The notes under the pieces are model-generated. The model had not been told where the DNA came from. It made no database searches and was given only the letters and a program-made list of their open reading frames with translations. A stretch of DNA of 64,000 nucleotides from Sphyrna mokarran. Taxonomy: Eukaryota. The translations under genes and the position numbers were made by a program. The DNA lies in NCBI GenBank assembly GCA_024679065.1, contig JAGIQG010000006.1:69502001-69566000 (forward strand), given 5' to 3'. Shown piece by piece: positions 24,860-37,689 of the stretch. Position 1 is the stretch's first letter. Each line of letters opens with the position of its first letter.

Positions 24860-25090
24860 GTCAAGTCTTCATCTCCATCTCTTGATTTTTGGACATCCTA
24901 CTGAATTCTCTCGGCACACATGTTTGAATCTGCTGGCAGTGACTTAGGAGAATTTCATCCCAGGTGTCGGAGTACTTTGAATGCATCATTACCAAGTGCT
25001 CCTTCTGCAGGTAGGTCCTGCAGATGAGCACATTTAAAGCAACCAGTCTGCAACTAGTGGACATCTCAGGAATATTTGAACCCAGGGGTT
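24860..25090 (-). mobile_element. Possible Tx1/L1-type LINE C-terminal relic
   Basis: QKEHLV...LLSHCQQIQTCVPRE resembles the Tx1-type ORF2 C-terminus (...LAHSKVQDYVLRD). Confidence 0.35.
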
Positions 25091-25159
25091 GGGGATCATA
25101 TTATTTAAATGGTTAAATTCCTTTGTTCTTCTATGATTTGGATTTTATTGTTTTATTTA

Positions 25160-25449
25160 ATTTGTTTATTTATCAGTGTCACAAGTAGGCTTACATCAAC
25201 ACTGCAATTAAGTTACTATGATAATCCCCTAGTCGTCACACTCCGGCACCTGTCTGGGTATATTGAGGGAGAATTTAGCATGGCCAATGCACCTAATCAA
25301 TCTTTTGGACAATGGGAGGAAACCGGAGCACCCGGAGGAAACCCACTCAGACACGGGGAGAACGTGCAGACTCCATACAGACAGTGACTTAAGCCGGAAT
25401 TGAACCTGTGAGGCAGCAGTGCTAGCCACTGTGCCACCATGCCACCCCT
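25160..25449 (-). mobile_element. V-SINE with alternative tail
   Basis: Head GGGTGGCATGGTGGCACAGTGGCTAGCAC, near-canonical V-domain, tail GTAAGCCTACTTGTGACACTGATAAATAAAC. Confidence 0.9.
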
Positions 25450-25739
25450 TAGTTGTCTGGATTCAGTATTGGTTGTGCCTCTCAAAAAGGGGATACTTTT
25501 ATTAGGTTTCAAGTTTGACAACATTAGGGTTACCTAGTTTATCTGAAAATGTAAATAAAATAAACATTCAACAGAAAGCACTTGCCAGTGTTTTGGATTT
25601 TTTAAGTTCTTTGTTTCAGAAAACCCCGTATCTGAATCGAGTAAGCTCATCTTGTAGGAAATGTCTCTATACTCTGGGTTTTTGTGATGTGGAGATGCTG
25701 ACAGGTTAAAGTCCATCAGGTTTATTTGGTAACACAAGC

Positions 25740-25774
25740 CACAAACTTTCGGAGCACTGCCCCTTCATCAGATG
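25740..25774 (-). ncRNA. Minimal type I hammerhead ribozyme motif in a Penelope pLTR
   Basis: CAT-CTGATGA-A-GGGGC AGT GCTCC-GAAA-GT-TT-GTG: both core boxes, a 5-bp stem II with one G-U pair, short stem I. Confidence 0.7.
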
Positions 25775-26215
25775 AGTGGGGTTGTGTTCACAAATAGGGC
25801 AAGTATAGACACAAACTCAATTTACAAGATAATGATTGGGATGCAAGTCTTTACAGGTAATCAAATCTTAAAGGTACAGACAATGTGAGTGGAGAGAGGG
25901 TTAAGCACAGGTTAAGGAGGTGTGCTGGCATCTCCACATCATAGTTAGAGCAGAAACTGATAGCCAAGTTCTGTACACATGAGGACAGCCTCAACTGGCA
26001 ACAGTCTGTAATCCCCATGACTTACAACATCTCACTTACTGTCCTGTCTGGAGATAATACACATCTCTTTAACCTATGCCTAATGCTATCGTGACTCACA
26101 CTGTCTGCATTTTTAAGACTTGAATAGCAGGTTAGCTGTAAAAACTCACATTCTGATCAGTATTCTGTAAACTGTATGTACATTTATATGCTCTTCTCTG
26201 ATCAGAATCTTCCAC

Positions 26216-26251
26216 AACCTGAAGAAGGAACAGCATTTCAGAAAGCTTGTG
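26216..26251 (+). ncRNA. Degenerate hammerhead motif in the direct pLTR
   Basis: CTGAAGA...GAAA-GC-TT-GTG; palindromic AAGCTT kept, stem II eroded. Confidence 0.5.
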
Positions 26252-26969
26252 AGTTTACTACCAAATAAACTGGTTGGACTTTAACCTGGTGTTGTGAGAC
26301 TTCTTACTGTGTTTACCGCAGTCCAATGCTGGTATCTCCACATCATGAAGAAAATGGAGCCAACGTTGAGTCTAGAGGGATTATGATCTAAAATTGTTGA
26401 AGTCAGGATTGGATTTAAAAGGCCATCAAGTACCTAGGAAGCAGCAACATCTAGCTCTACCTTGCCATCACCTCAACTCCTTCATTGTTGCTAAATGACC
26501 AGACTATGAAGTCATTCATTAATCTTATTGCACAGTAACAGGCCTGGTATAGCCTGGCTCCAGAATAGGCTGATCTCAGAAATTATCCAAAACATTCTCT
26601 GAATTCAACATTTACACTAAGTTTGCCCATTGAATTATTAGTCTTTATATAGATTAAATTCTTTAGGAAAATCTGTATCCCTACCTGACAACCTTTTACC
26701 ATTTCTTATTTGGTATCTCATCTTACCATATAGTTACTATTAGGCTGCTCTCCTACCCCCACAAGTGACTTCTTGCCTTATCATTCTTTCCTTCTTGTCT
26801 GTGCAAACCAAGTTTACATCCACGTTTCCTGAACTTAGGTCACCTCTCTCTACTGTGTTGTCATTTTTAACTATTAGAATCACCACTCCATATTTTCCTA
26901 ACTTTTTATCTTCCTAAGATTCACACACCTTTCAACAGCTATGTCCCAATTAATGGCATCCTGAGCACT

Positions 26970-27095
26970 CTGGAGAAAATCCACATGGATATAGGAGAAT
27001 GTGCAAACTCCACACAGACAGTGACCCAAGCCAGGAATTGAACCTGGGTCCCTGATGCTGTGAGGCAGCAGTGTGAACCACTGTGTCACCATGCA
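26970..27095 (-). mobile_element. V-SINE 5' part
   Basis: TGGTGACACAGTGGTTCACACTGCTGCCTCACAGC...GGTTCAATTCC...TGTGTGGAGTTTGCACATTCTCC. Confidence 0.85.
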
Positions 27096-28224
27096 CCATA
27101 ACTGTCCTGGGGTAGTGCCAACAGGGTAAAGCCAGAGTGGACTGGAACTACGATGGATTGGGGGGACTGGGGGAGGGGAGAGAGAGAGAGACAAGGGGGA
27201 GAGAGAGAAAGGGTGGAGGGGATAGATCGTGAAGGAGAGATGGTGGGAGAGAACTCTGCTGGGAGTGTGATTGATGGCAGGATAGGATGGAGGAAACTCT
27301 GCTGAAGGGCTGGCGAGCAGGGAGGGAGGCAACTTTGCAGACGGGCATCGGCGGTGGGGTCCCAATATCTGTGCCCTTATCACACCCATTAATCTCTTTT
27401 TGCACTATCAGTTCATTTGTTTTGTTTTGAATGCCATGCACATTCAGACACAGAGACTTAAGTGTTCTCTTTTATTCGCTACGTAAAGACTGGCCTCAGC
27501 CAATTCTGTGGCAGGAAATCACCAACTCTGCCTTTACCTCCCAGCTGAAGATATGGGCAACCGGACCGATATTTTCGCGATTTACGACCTCATCCCACCC
27601 GACTTTCAGCAAAGCGAGGTCGTAAGGTCACATGGGAGACAAAGAAATCAGGTTTGCACCCAGTTTGCCCCCCCACCATCATACTGGCAGAATCATCTTT
27701 GCACGCAGAAAGGGCGCAAAGCTGCTTAATGGGCCCCGATGCTATGTCTGGGATCATTTGCCTTTACTACCTTGCGTGTCGAAATTCTCCTGAGACAGAG
27801 CACCATGTCTGGATGATCAGAGGCCATTGGAGGCAAATGTGCAACTGACATGTGGGGAGCTCTGTAAGGGTGGGCAGGAGGAACTCTGCTGGAGGCATGT
27901 GATTGATGGCAGGGTAAGATGGAGAGAACTCTTCAGAAGGAATGGCAATCAAGGAGGGAGGAAACTATGCAAATAGAGACGATCGGCAGTGGCGTGGAGG
28001 TGGGAGGGGCGGGGGGCGGCGGCTTGGTCTGTACAGGGAACAACCCGAAGTCTATTGTGGGGGGTCCTTAGTGTTCATGGAGGGGGGGGGGGGTGGTGCT
28101 GCTACAAGTGATCTCCCAATATATTGAGAGATCGGGGCATCTGCATAATAACCTCACCCCACCTTACCTTGAGCTCAGCAGTCGACTTTCCTAGCAAGCC
28201 TAGGCTCCATCACAAAATTTGGTC

Positions 28225-28730
28225 GTTTTTTTCATTATTATGACACTACTCAGGTGTGGGTGTTGTATACTGGAGTCATGAGCAATATCGTCAAAGGGGG
28301 GGGCAGTTATCCTCTGGTTAGCTATTGGGACTAGCTCAGCAAACTGTTGCAGATAAAGGCATTATAACTGCTGCCAGATTATTGGATACTGATCAACATG
28401 ATACATTGCACATGGCCACACACAAGCTGAACATCAAGTGAATGGAATGCCTTTTAGTTGCGGTATTTCTCAGACTGGACAATGACCTTTATGCCAGAAT
28501 AGAAAGCGTAGTGGAAGATGTTGCAAATATTGCCGGCTCCAGCCTGGCAGTAGCCAGGCACAAGAAATTGTTGCCCAAGATCACCTTCACAACCACATCC
28601 TTGCCTTGCTCTAATGCAACAGTTATGGCTGCAGCAGGTGACACATTTCAATGAAGACAATCTCAGTAAAGCAGGCACATCTGATGCACTATTCCTTGCC
28701 AAGGTCAAGGCAGAAGTGTTCCTTCAACAC
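28225..28730 (-). pseudogene. PIF/Harbinger transposase (HARBI1-like) relic
   Basis: Across stops and frameshifts: FTEIVFIEMCHLLQP, VVVKVI...QAGAGNICNI, YRN*KAFHSLDVQLVC, GSSYNAFI, LMTPV, matching Harbinger YRNRKGFHSLNVQLVCD...PGSSHDAFI...WLMTP. Confidence 0.8.
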
Positions 28731-29756
28731 CATGAATTTATTTTCTGTCATACTGTGGTACAAAGGAGATGACTCAAATTAGACAGCAAGTGATTTTTGC
28801 AAATTCCTTTAAGTTAGAATAAAGTCCTTCAGCTCGTGCCATATCACTCTGCAGACTACAGCGAATTTAAATAACACTGGTTACTACCAAACATCTATAA
28901 TTGCAATAAGTCAATTGAAAATCAGTAATAAACCTGTATGCAATTGGTTGATGATCTTTCTAAATGCTCTTCCTGCTACTGAGGATATGCATAGCTATTC
29001 AAGGTTAAAAGAGCATTAGCTCTAGCATTGAGCTCCAAATTGGCAGTGCTGCTATCGGATGAGTTATTGATATCACAACATGCTTAGACAACATGTCCAA
29101 CAGATGCTTCCTGCATGTGCATTAAAATAGTATCCAGTGTGGATAGGACAAGTATGTGCTATAGACAGAAAGCATTTGAAACTAAACATTAATATTCCCG
29201 GAAAAGAAAGCTCAAAGGAATTGAATTTTTATGGTGAGCCCATAAGAAAGTTTCCCTTATAAGAAAATGGACACTTTTATGCAAAAGTTATTATAAAAAT
29301 GTTATCAGTTGTCTATGATAAAGGAAACAATTTCAGACAGGTATTAATAAAATATTTTATTGGAATCCATTACTATATTCATTTGATAAAACTGTTTTAC
29401 AGAAATGGAGTTACTCCAATGGGCATCTGCATTGTGCTGTTTATTTGCAAATATTGGTCCAAAATACTGTACTTTGAATAGTGTCTATAAGTGGGAAAAT
29501 AAAACAGGTATTTGCAAATAATAGGATGCCATCAAAAGGCTGGTGCATTGTCTGTTTTTTGCTGAACAAAGCCATCACAACATACTCAATATAGTACCTG
29601 TGTTTTAAAACAATATAGTGGTAATATGAGATATTTTTATCTCTTTTCCTAGAAACACATTTCAGGAAAATGGTGTTATGATTTTCATAATCTATTTTCT
29701 ACTCGTGTGTTTTATGGTTACTGCAGTAATAAATCATTATAGAATACATACTTAAT

Positions 29757-29970
29757 AGTAGGAGTTGGTTAAGCTAAGTTGGCTGGACAGCTGGTTCAAG
29801 ATGTAGAGCAATGTTAATAATGCAGGTTTAATTACCGAACTGGCTAAGGTTATTCATAAAGGCCTGCCTTCTCAACCTTGCCCTTTGGTGGTGTTTTAAC
29901 TTAAGGATCACCACATTTCAGGCAGTCAGTCTAGAGTCATCTGGGACTATGGTGACTTTAACTTACCTTT
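29757..29970 (+). mobile_element. Short tRNA-derived SINE
   Basis: A-box-like AGCTAAGTTGG, B-box-like GGTTTAATTACC, tail GGGACTATGGTGACTTTAACTT. Confidence 0.5.
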
Positions 29971-30497
29971 TATTTAATAGTATACTGGCACATTGACAAA
30001 CCTAATTTCAAGATGGCATAAACACTGCTTTGTACTGATTGGATAACTACAAATATCAACAGAAAATGGTAAATGCATATTTTCTATTTCCAAAAGTTAC
30101 TGCATTGATAAAGATTAGCAATTTCAGCAGAATGAAATTTAAGAATTGGTGAAAGTAAAAATTCAGGCATGTAATATAATAGGATTGATATTTTGACGGT
30201 CAAGATTCTTGCAATTTGCTTTAATGGCCATACAATTATTTAAGTAGCTGCTCACTGAATACAAGGTACTGCAAGTACTGGCAAGATCTCAAATAATTAA
30301 ACTGATCTAAGAATTACATACTTTTTTTTACCCATTGAAACTAACTCTGGTATGCATTCTTTAAACAGTATTGTGCATTTGTATACTGTGCTCAGCATCA
30401 GAACACAGGCAGTTTAAGATAAAGCAACTGGGAAAGTTCTTCAATAAGTAAAAATAAGTTGAGTTCTCACAATCCTATGCAAAAATTATGTACATAT

Positions 30498-30605
30498 TGT
30501 TCTGATGAAAAATTGAAATGATTACAGATTGAAAGTTATTAACTATTTCTATCGACACAGATGCTGCCCAACCTGCTGAATATTTCCAGCATTTTCTATT
30601 TTTTA
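30498..30605 (+). mobile_element. Penelope-type pLTR fragment (related copies ~9370-9460 minus, 22500-22600, 43900-43980, 51035-51330)
   Basis: CTGATGA...GAAA followed by ACAGATGCTGCCCAACCTGCTGAATATTTCCAGCATTTTCT, a block that recurs in the other copies. Confidence 0.6.
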
Positions 30606-33600
30606 TGATGTATGTGTCACTTTTCATACATTGTATGTTCTGGATTGTTTCAAAACAGCTCTTCTAACTGGTGAAAATACTAACCATCCTTCCTTTAACT
30701 TATTTAATGTCTTTACTAACTCATTTTAAACCATTAATGCTGGAAATAAAACTGAACAAAGTTGTGACAGTAGGTGAAAAAATTAAACTAGAAGGTATCT
30801 TTGAGGGCTTTGTTTAAAATTATCAATAGAAGCAACATTGCTGAGAGCTGAAACCAAACCAAAGAATATTATCTTCAATTGCATTTGCATAAATAGAGAT
30901 CAACAGAATTACTACTATTTTGCAATTTCCACTTAATATTTTTCCTTATGGCCACACCTTGAAAATGCAATTGAATAAGAAATGTATAGGCTACAGCAAT
31001 AATGCAATTTTATTCTGAAGCCAGATTTTACTTTAAAACTGTTTCTTTTACTTTTTAAACTGTTACCAAGCTGCTGGCAGAGAGGAACAAATTTGTACTT
31101 AAATTTCATCAGACAGTATTTTCATGAAAAACACTTTAAACGTTTTTGGAGAAGACAGATAGCTATCCAAGTTTGGCATTAAATAAAAGTAATGCTAGTT
31201 TTGTAATTTCATAAGAATTCTGCAAAATATTTTTATAAGTACAAGACACTGCAGACAAAATGATCTCATTTTGTTAGCAATGCTTTTTGTTTAAAGAATG
31301 TTTCCTAACCTGTGCGAATGAAATGACAGCAACTCATTTCAAATTTTAACAAAATAAGTATAAAACTTGAGCAATTAAAATGTGATGTAATATTTAGATT
31401 CAACTCTGCATCTAAAATTTTAACTTTGTTTTTCCTGAAGGACTTCCAGTATACCTATAGTGCATAATTGCTAACCGGAGATCCATCGGACTAAGGTGGG
31501 TAGTGGTGATCCAATATTCTGCATATATCACGGAAGTGACTATTTGAGGGGGAAAATACATCCATGAGACAATTATTATTTTCTACTGATGCTAACAACA
31601 TAAAGTAAACAAAGCTAAAATAAATCTTATCTCTTGTAATTCCTCACACACTAAATTATCCAACTTTACTATTATTTGGTGAGAATAGATGGGGGTACAA
31701 TCATGTGCCATTTTAATACAACTTCTAGCAGCTAGCTAATAAAGTTCTGCCAGTGGCTTGGAAACATATCACATCTGCTCATCTTCCTTAGAAGAGTGAG
31801 AGACTCTAGAAAGAAAAAGAAAGGGGCAAATTAATCAGAGGTAACAAATCTGCACTGAAGCTCAGGTTTAGTTGTTGAGATTGCAACAAAAGACTAAAGA
31901 AATCAATTTATTTTGTGCATGACCAATGTTGGAGCCTGGTCTCATTAGAGCAGAAACATGTCCCTCTTTATAGCAAGGCACAAATATTCCAGAGAGGGCA
32001 GGATGAAGAGTAAATCTGAATAAATCCCTCTTTGTTTAGTCACTGATGTTGTATGGGTTAACATTATTGTTCAGATAGTCAACCTAGTGTTAGTATTAAT
32101 TACTTTCAAATTAACTACATAGAAAGCAAACTAATTGCAAAAGAAATCTTCAATCCTTTATACAAATAAAAGTTTGTACTTTTGTCCTAGTGTGGGAGAA
32201 AAAAGGGTAACAACCAACTGTTTTAAATCTAAATTTAGGGTTACTCCTCACAGGAAAATGACAATTCTCCCAGAATATTTAGGAACACTCTTGCACAGGC
32301 ATATTGTTTATTTGAACTACTATCTTAAAATAGAGCTGTTATCTTTAGGAATCCCTGTTGCCACAGGGAACTACGAACATTTGTACTTATCAATAAAAAA
32401 GTTACAAACTATTGCTACAGCACAATGTGATTGTGCTAATAATGCTGTAAACATTCTATACCAAGATATTACATGATGCCTGTTTTACATTTGCAAGTGT
32501 AAAATTGTTTACAGTTAACTGTAAATCTTTCTCCCTTGTATGTTTTTGGATATATGTCTTCACTTACAATAAATTGTCTTCACATGTCCAATAAATTTCA
32601 GATAAATACAAATTCTATGTAATTGTGTCAAGGCCTTAAAATGGGTATTTTCTTAAAAGTTCAGTTTTGTTTAATAATGGCTGGATGTTTTTAGTAAAAA
32701 GGGCTATATTCTTCAAACCAATGTCGCTCAGAAATAGGCAGTCTTCAGGTCATCAACATACATTTGTCCATACATAAAATTTAGTTTTACATGCGTGGTA
32801 CTCACTAGTGCAAGACTAGGAAAGCTCTTGTACATACAGAAAATGCCCAATCACCAATCGATATTATACTGTACTTAACATACAATGTAAGTAATCAGAA
32901 AATACACATTAGTGATTGATACCTATTCTTATTGTTCACAGTGGTTTATTCTACTGTATTCTTTGTCATAATATGGGAATTAAGTTATACTGTAACATTC
33001 GATCGAAGTATTTCACAAATGGCACACTTTACTGCAACAGGACTTGGAATTGATGTCAGTGTGTCAAGTTGAGATTCAAAGTCAGCAAATAGGCTTCATG
33101 TAAATCTTGAGTTAGCAATATAGCCCTAAAATATGTTCTCGAAACACCCTCCAGCCTGTGTGTTTCTAAGTTTATGAAGATTGAGGATGGGTTCATTCTG
33201 TTTGTCCATCATGATGGACAAAGATGGGTGTCAGATGCTTGCAAGCAAATTACATGATTTGCATGGCTAATACAAGGTTATGTTTTGTTATGCAAGGCAT
33301 TGTTAATTTACATAAGAATCATTGATGAAAGATTTGAGGAACTAAGGATGTATGTATTAATAGTTTTGCCAAGTTGGTACTTATTTTTGGCATGATGCAA
33401 AGCCAGATTATTAAAACAGACCCCCTAGTCTTTTTTTTCCAAAGACAAATCTGATACATACATCATTCATTTCATTATCAATAGACTTTTAAAAATGATT
33501 CTGTACAGGAAACAAAGTTGAATGAACATATAAATTAATTATATGCATACTGACAAATTGTTTCCTTAAGAATAATGGCAGCTAACGAGATTTAAATTAC

Positions 33601-34423
33601 AGTAACCACAAAGCCAAGTGCATGAAATAATGCTAATGCTGAGTCAGTCATCAATTCAAATGCAGTATTTTTGAGCATTGCACATTTATAATGTGACAAA
33701 GTTGTTTCAATAAAATCACAGCAATTAATGGATTCCATCTAATTCAAAATGCAGTGATTTCCTCTTGTCCAGCTTTCATCATAACACTTGCAAAGGTATC
33801 TAGCGAAAATAATGTCACACAAAATATTCAACAAGCACAATGCCCATTGAAAACTAAGAGTTCATTAACATTCTGACAGCAAACATGTGAAAATACAAAG
33901 AGATGGTTCTACAGAACAGTTCCCAACGTGCTTCAGTGAAGTAAGAGTGTGTGCGCATAGAGTATATGTGTTAGCATAGAAGCAATGAGGAGGGTGGCCC
34001 CTCATTAAATAATTGAAAATTATTAAATGGAGGAAACAAATGGGCTTGATAGGCAGTGGGAAGCTAGACATGTGGGCACAGCAGTAGCTAAATTCCAGGC
34101 AAGGATATTTTGCATACATATGCACCTTGATAACTGAAGCAGTTAGCAAATAAGTGTCATGCATCAGATTTTCTTTCTTCTTTGACTTTGCTCCTTTTGC
34201 CGATTTAAATGGATAATTCTTTATTTCATTGCACATTTCTGGTTGCCCAATAAACTGCTGAAATAATTTGGAATTCCTGAAGTTGATTTAAAAAAGAAAA
34301 AGGCACTATTAGAGTACGATGGTCTCCAGAGTCATTCAGATTGTCCAGACTTCTGAGTAACTCCTCTTCCTTTCCAGTTTTATATTCTACAATCTGTTAT
34401 TACAGAAGTCAATATTTCCTTTC

Positions 34424-34564
34424 TCAACTGTTTTTTGGTGGAAAGCCATTTAGTGATTTTGAATGTGCAGGCTTTCTGGCTACAAAAAAGACGCAATCAT
34501 AAAGGTATTTTAACATGGATTGGTCATTTTCTGTGTACGTTGACGGAACAGAGCTTTTTTCCAC
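34424..34564 (-). CDS. CARNMT1: CARNMT1 exon 8 (last coding exon)
   Basis: Acceptor TTCTATTGCAG|; [46 protein letters not shown]; the eight exons sum to 1164 nt = 387 aa + stop. Confidence 0.95.
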   Translation of the reverse strand: MEKSSVPSTYTENDQSMLKYLYDCVFFVARKPAHSKSLNGFPPKNS

Positions 34565-36619
34565 CTGCAATAGAAAATAAAAATTAATTTTATCACAGTT
34601 CAGAATCATTTCTGAAATTAATTCTAAAAAATTTCAGAAGGACAAAATATTTACAACTTTAAATAAAAACTGAAAATTCACCATTTTATTTCTCTATAGA
34701 AAAGCTAATATTTGTCTTTTTTCTTTTCACATGATTCTTTATGCATCTTTTCTTAAGCAGGTAATTTTCCAGAAGATTGGAAGCTATTTATTTACACGAA
34801 TATGTTCTGTGGCATGCTGTTCATGGCTTTTATTTTTTCTACTATAAATTAACCTCCTTCAATTGTTTTTGTTGACTATTTCTTATTTTACTTTTCAGAT
34901 ATCTGGTTTTATAATTTTTCTTCCTCGTTATTTTAGCTCTAATGCCCAATATTTATTTCCAATCTTGTCTGATCAAATTTTATTCTGCATGGAAAAAGAC
35001 TGTTTTCATCTCCTATACAAAAGAAACACTAGTTCTCAACACTTTCTGCTAGACCCATCATTCTTGATACCTTTCCCAAGTTTGTAATAGCTGAAAAGTA
35101 GAAAGATTGATATTATACTCAAGAGTACAACTACAATAATAACATTAAATTTCTAGGCACTAATAATTTAAACGAAAGTTTGAAAATACTCCAAACACAG
35201 AAAAATAAAGTAGATGGTTTAATTTTTCTTCATGGACATATTGAAGAATAGTGGTCAGATTCAATAAGGCCAGAGATTCATGATAATTAATTCATTAAAA
35301 GATAATAAACATTTAGTATATTTTCCACTAATAATCTCTGAAGCAAAAAGCAGAAATTTATTCAAGCATGTTTCTGGAGAAAAACAGGATTAATTAATAA
35401 GGCAAGGGATAATCAAGAACAGCACAAAAGTTGGGCATGCTTATAATGCCGAAAACCTTTCTCTTCATAAAATTTCCTATCCTCTGAAATATAGGGATAA
35501 ATATTGTGATGGAGGAAATATTAAGATGTTTAGCCAAATTAAATACATTCCAGGCTGCTAAATTATGCAAGAGAAGAAACAGTAGAGACTCTGACCATCA
35601 TTTTCCAATCCTTGCCGTCTATAGGCAGGGTGCTGGTGGAAAAAAGGACAGTTAATATTATGCACCAACTTTTTGATGAGAATATTTTTGCATATTTTGT
35701 ACCTAATTATGTTCACAAGTTCCAGGCAGATTCCCTTTGAACATTCTCCACAGCCTCATGGATATCAAGATGACAAACTGGTAAATATCTTCAAACTAGT
35801 TATCAGAAGTTCTTAAATTTAAATCAGTTATCTGGTGGGAACATGATGGCATATTGATATTTGTCAGGCTAATTTTTTGGGGACATGTTCAAATTCCTTC
35901 ACTGGAGCTGATGGAATTTGAAATTCAATTAACAAAAACCTGGAATTGAAAACTAGTCTCAAGAATGCTGACCATGGGTAGCATTTGCACAGAATGCTGG
36001 CTGGTGTGGGAAATTCAGAGTGTAAGCTTTCCAACTTCATGGCTGAGTTTTCTTTCAGATTCTCTGGGCACCTGTGCACAGAAAATTTGGGGGCATGGTT
36101 TCCACTGTCATGCTGGCAGGACATAGCCTGATAGAGCCAGCACCTTTGGCCCTATAGAGATTGGGTGGCACCTTTAAATCTCAGTTAAAACAAAACTCAC
36201 GGACATGGGGGAAATTCCCTACAAGCACTCAGGCAGCAGTCCCCAGCCACCCACCTAAAAAAGCAGGGCTCCCAGAAGGCCTCTGGTGCTCCAACTGTCA
36301 GGTAGGCAATGCCAGACAGTGCCTTGCCAGGGGTATATCCTTCTTCCTCCAGGGATTATACTTTGCATCTCTGGCAGATTCCCTCAACTGCTTCTCGTTT
36401 TTCAATACCTGTTGTAAATCTTGCTAAGATGGGAACCCCTTTAATTATGTTTAATTTTATTTAAGTACATTTAAATGAGGCAGGAACGTACGTCACTGGC
36501 AAGCAACAGGGAAAAATCAGAAAATGAGATCTCACCAGTAATAATCTCATTTCCAACCCTCGCGAGATGTGAGCAACTGCCTCACAATGCCAGGAACCCA
36601 TGTTCTATTCTGGGTAAAT

Positions 36620-36945
36620 GGTGAGATGTTTTCACTGGTGCTAGAATTTTGAACAAGGGGACATAGCTGCAAGATAAAGGGTCAGTCATTTAAAACTAAG
36701 GTGCATTGAAATTTCATCTCACAAAGGGTGGTGAACCTTTGGAATTCTCTGTCCCAAAGGGTGGTGGAGGCTGGATCATTAGAAGTATAAAGTGGAGGAG
36801 AATAAGTATTCGATAGATCGAAGAATGGAGAATTATGGAAAATTGCACAGAAAAGGAATTGAGGCCAGCATAGATCAGCCATGATTGTACTGAATGACTT
36901 GAAGGCAGCCTACTCCTGTTTCTATTTCTTGTGTTGTGTTCTATA
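36620..36945 (+). mobile_element. CR1 3' end
   Basis: FISQRVVNLWNSLSQRVVEA and CR1 tail GCCTACTCCTG. Confidence 0.8.
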
Positions 36946-37184
36946 CTCTTCAGAGGTCTTGAATTATCTCCTTGGAAACATCTTGGAGGTTAGACTCAAT
37001 AATGTGCCCATTTTTCCAATTTACTGGAATTCCCAACTAATCTAAATAAAAAATATCAGAACTTACAAAAGGGCATAAATCAGCTACACAAGTACAGCTC
37101 AAGAAACCATAAATTTCACACTGTTTTTCTTTAAGTATGAAAATTAAAGTTTCACCTATCATTCATGCACATTAATTATACATG

Positions 37185-37522
37185 CATGGCATGGTGGCAC
37201 AATGTTTAACATTGCTGCCTCATAACGCCAAGGACTTGGATTTAATTCCGACCTTGGGTGATTGTAGAGTTTGTGCATTCTTCCTGTGTCTGCATGGGTT
37301 TCATCTAGGTGCTCTGGTTTCCTCCCAGAGTGCAACAATGTACAGGTTAGGTGGATCGGCCATGCTAAATTGCCCCTTAGTGTCTAAAGGCGTGTAAGTC
37401 AGGGGATTAGTGGGGTTAATGTGTTTGGAGTATGGGATAGGCTTGGGCAAGGTGTTCTTTCAGACAATCAGTACAGACTCCATGGGGTCGAATAGCTTCC
37501 TTCTGCACTGTATGGATTCTAC
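37185..37522 (+). mobile_element. V-SINE (HE1-like)
   Basis: Head GGCATGGTGGCACAATG, V-domain, GGCCATGCTAAATTGCCCCTTAGTG, tail CTGCACTGTATGGATTCTA. Confidence 0.85.
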
Positions 37523-37689
37523 ATCTTTAAGAATTTTAATTGGGGAAACTTGCCACTTTGGTTGATTTGGGTTAAGCTATAGAGGAATTTAAAACTAAAA
37601 CAGAGATTTGAAATTTCAGCTGTTGGCAGGGTGGGAAAAATTCTAATCGTGGATCGTTGCAGTTTAACAAAAATAGACGCAACGTGAAA

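Larger units (their letters stand above)
25684..26348. mobile_element. Penelope-like element end: inverted pLTR + ORF C-terminus + direct pLTR
   Basis: 25684-25922 is an inverted copy of ~26055-26348; EQKLIAKFCTHEDSLN at ~25947-25995 is a PLE GIY-YIG C-terminal motif; both pLTRs carry hammerhead cores. Confidence 0.85.

Noticed and set aside
26898-27441. 163-aa and 97-aa Pro/Ser/Leu-rich ORFs
   Set aside because: Made of a GA-rich tract, a V-SINE head and a CR1 remnant; no domain or splice support.
30502-30540. Active hammerheads at 30502, 43907 and 51258
   Set aside because: Core boxes or stem II are too degraded; treated as dead pLTR relics.
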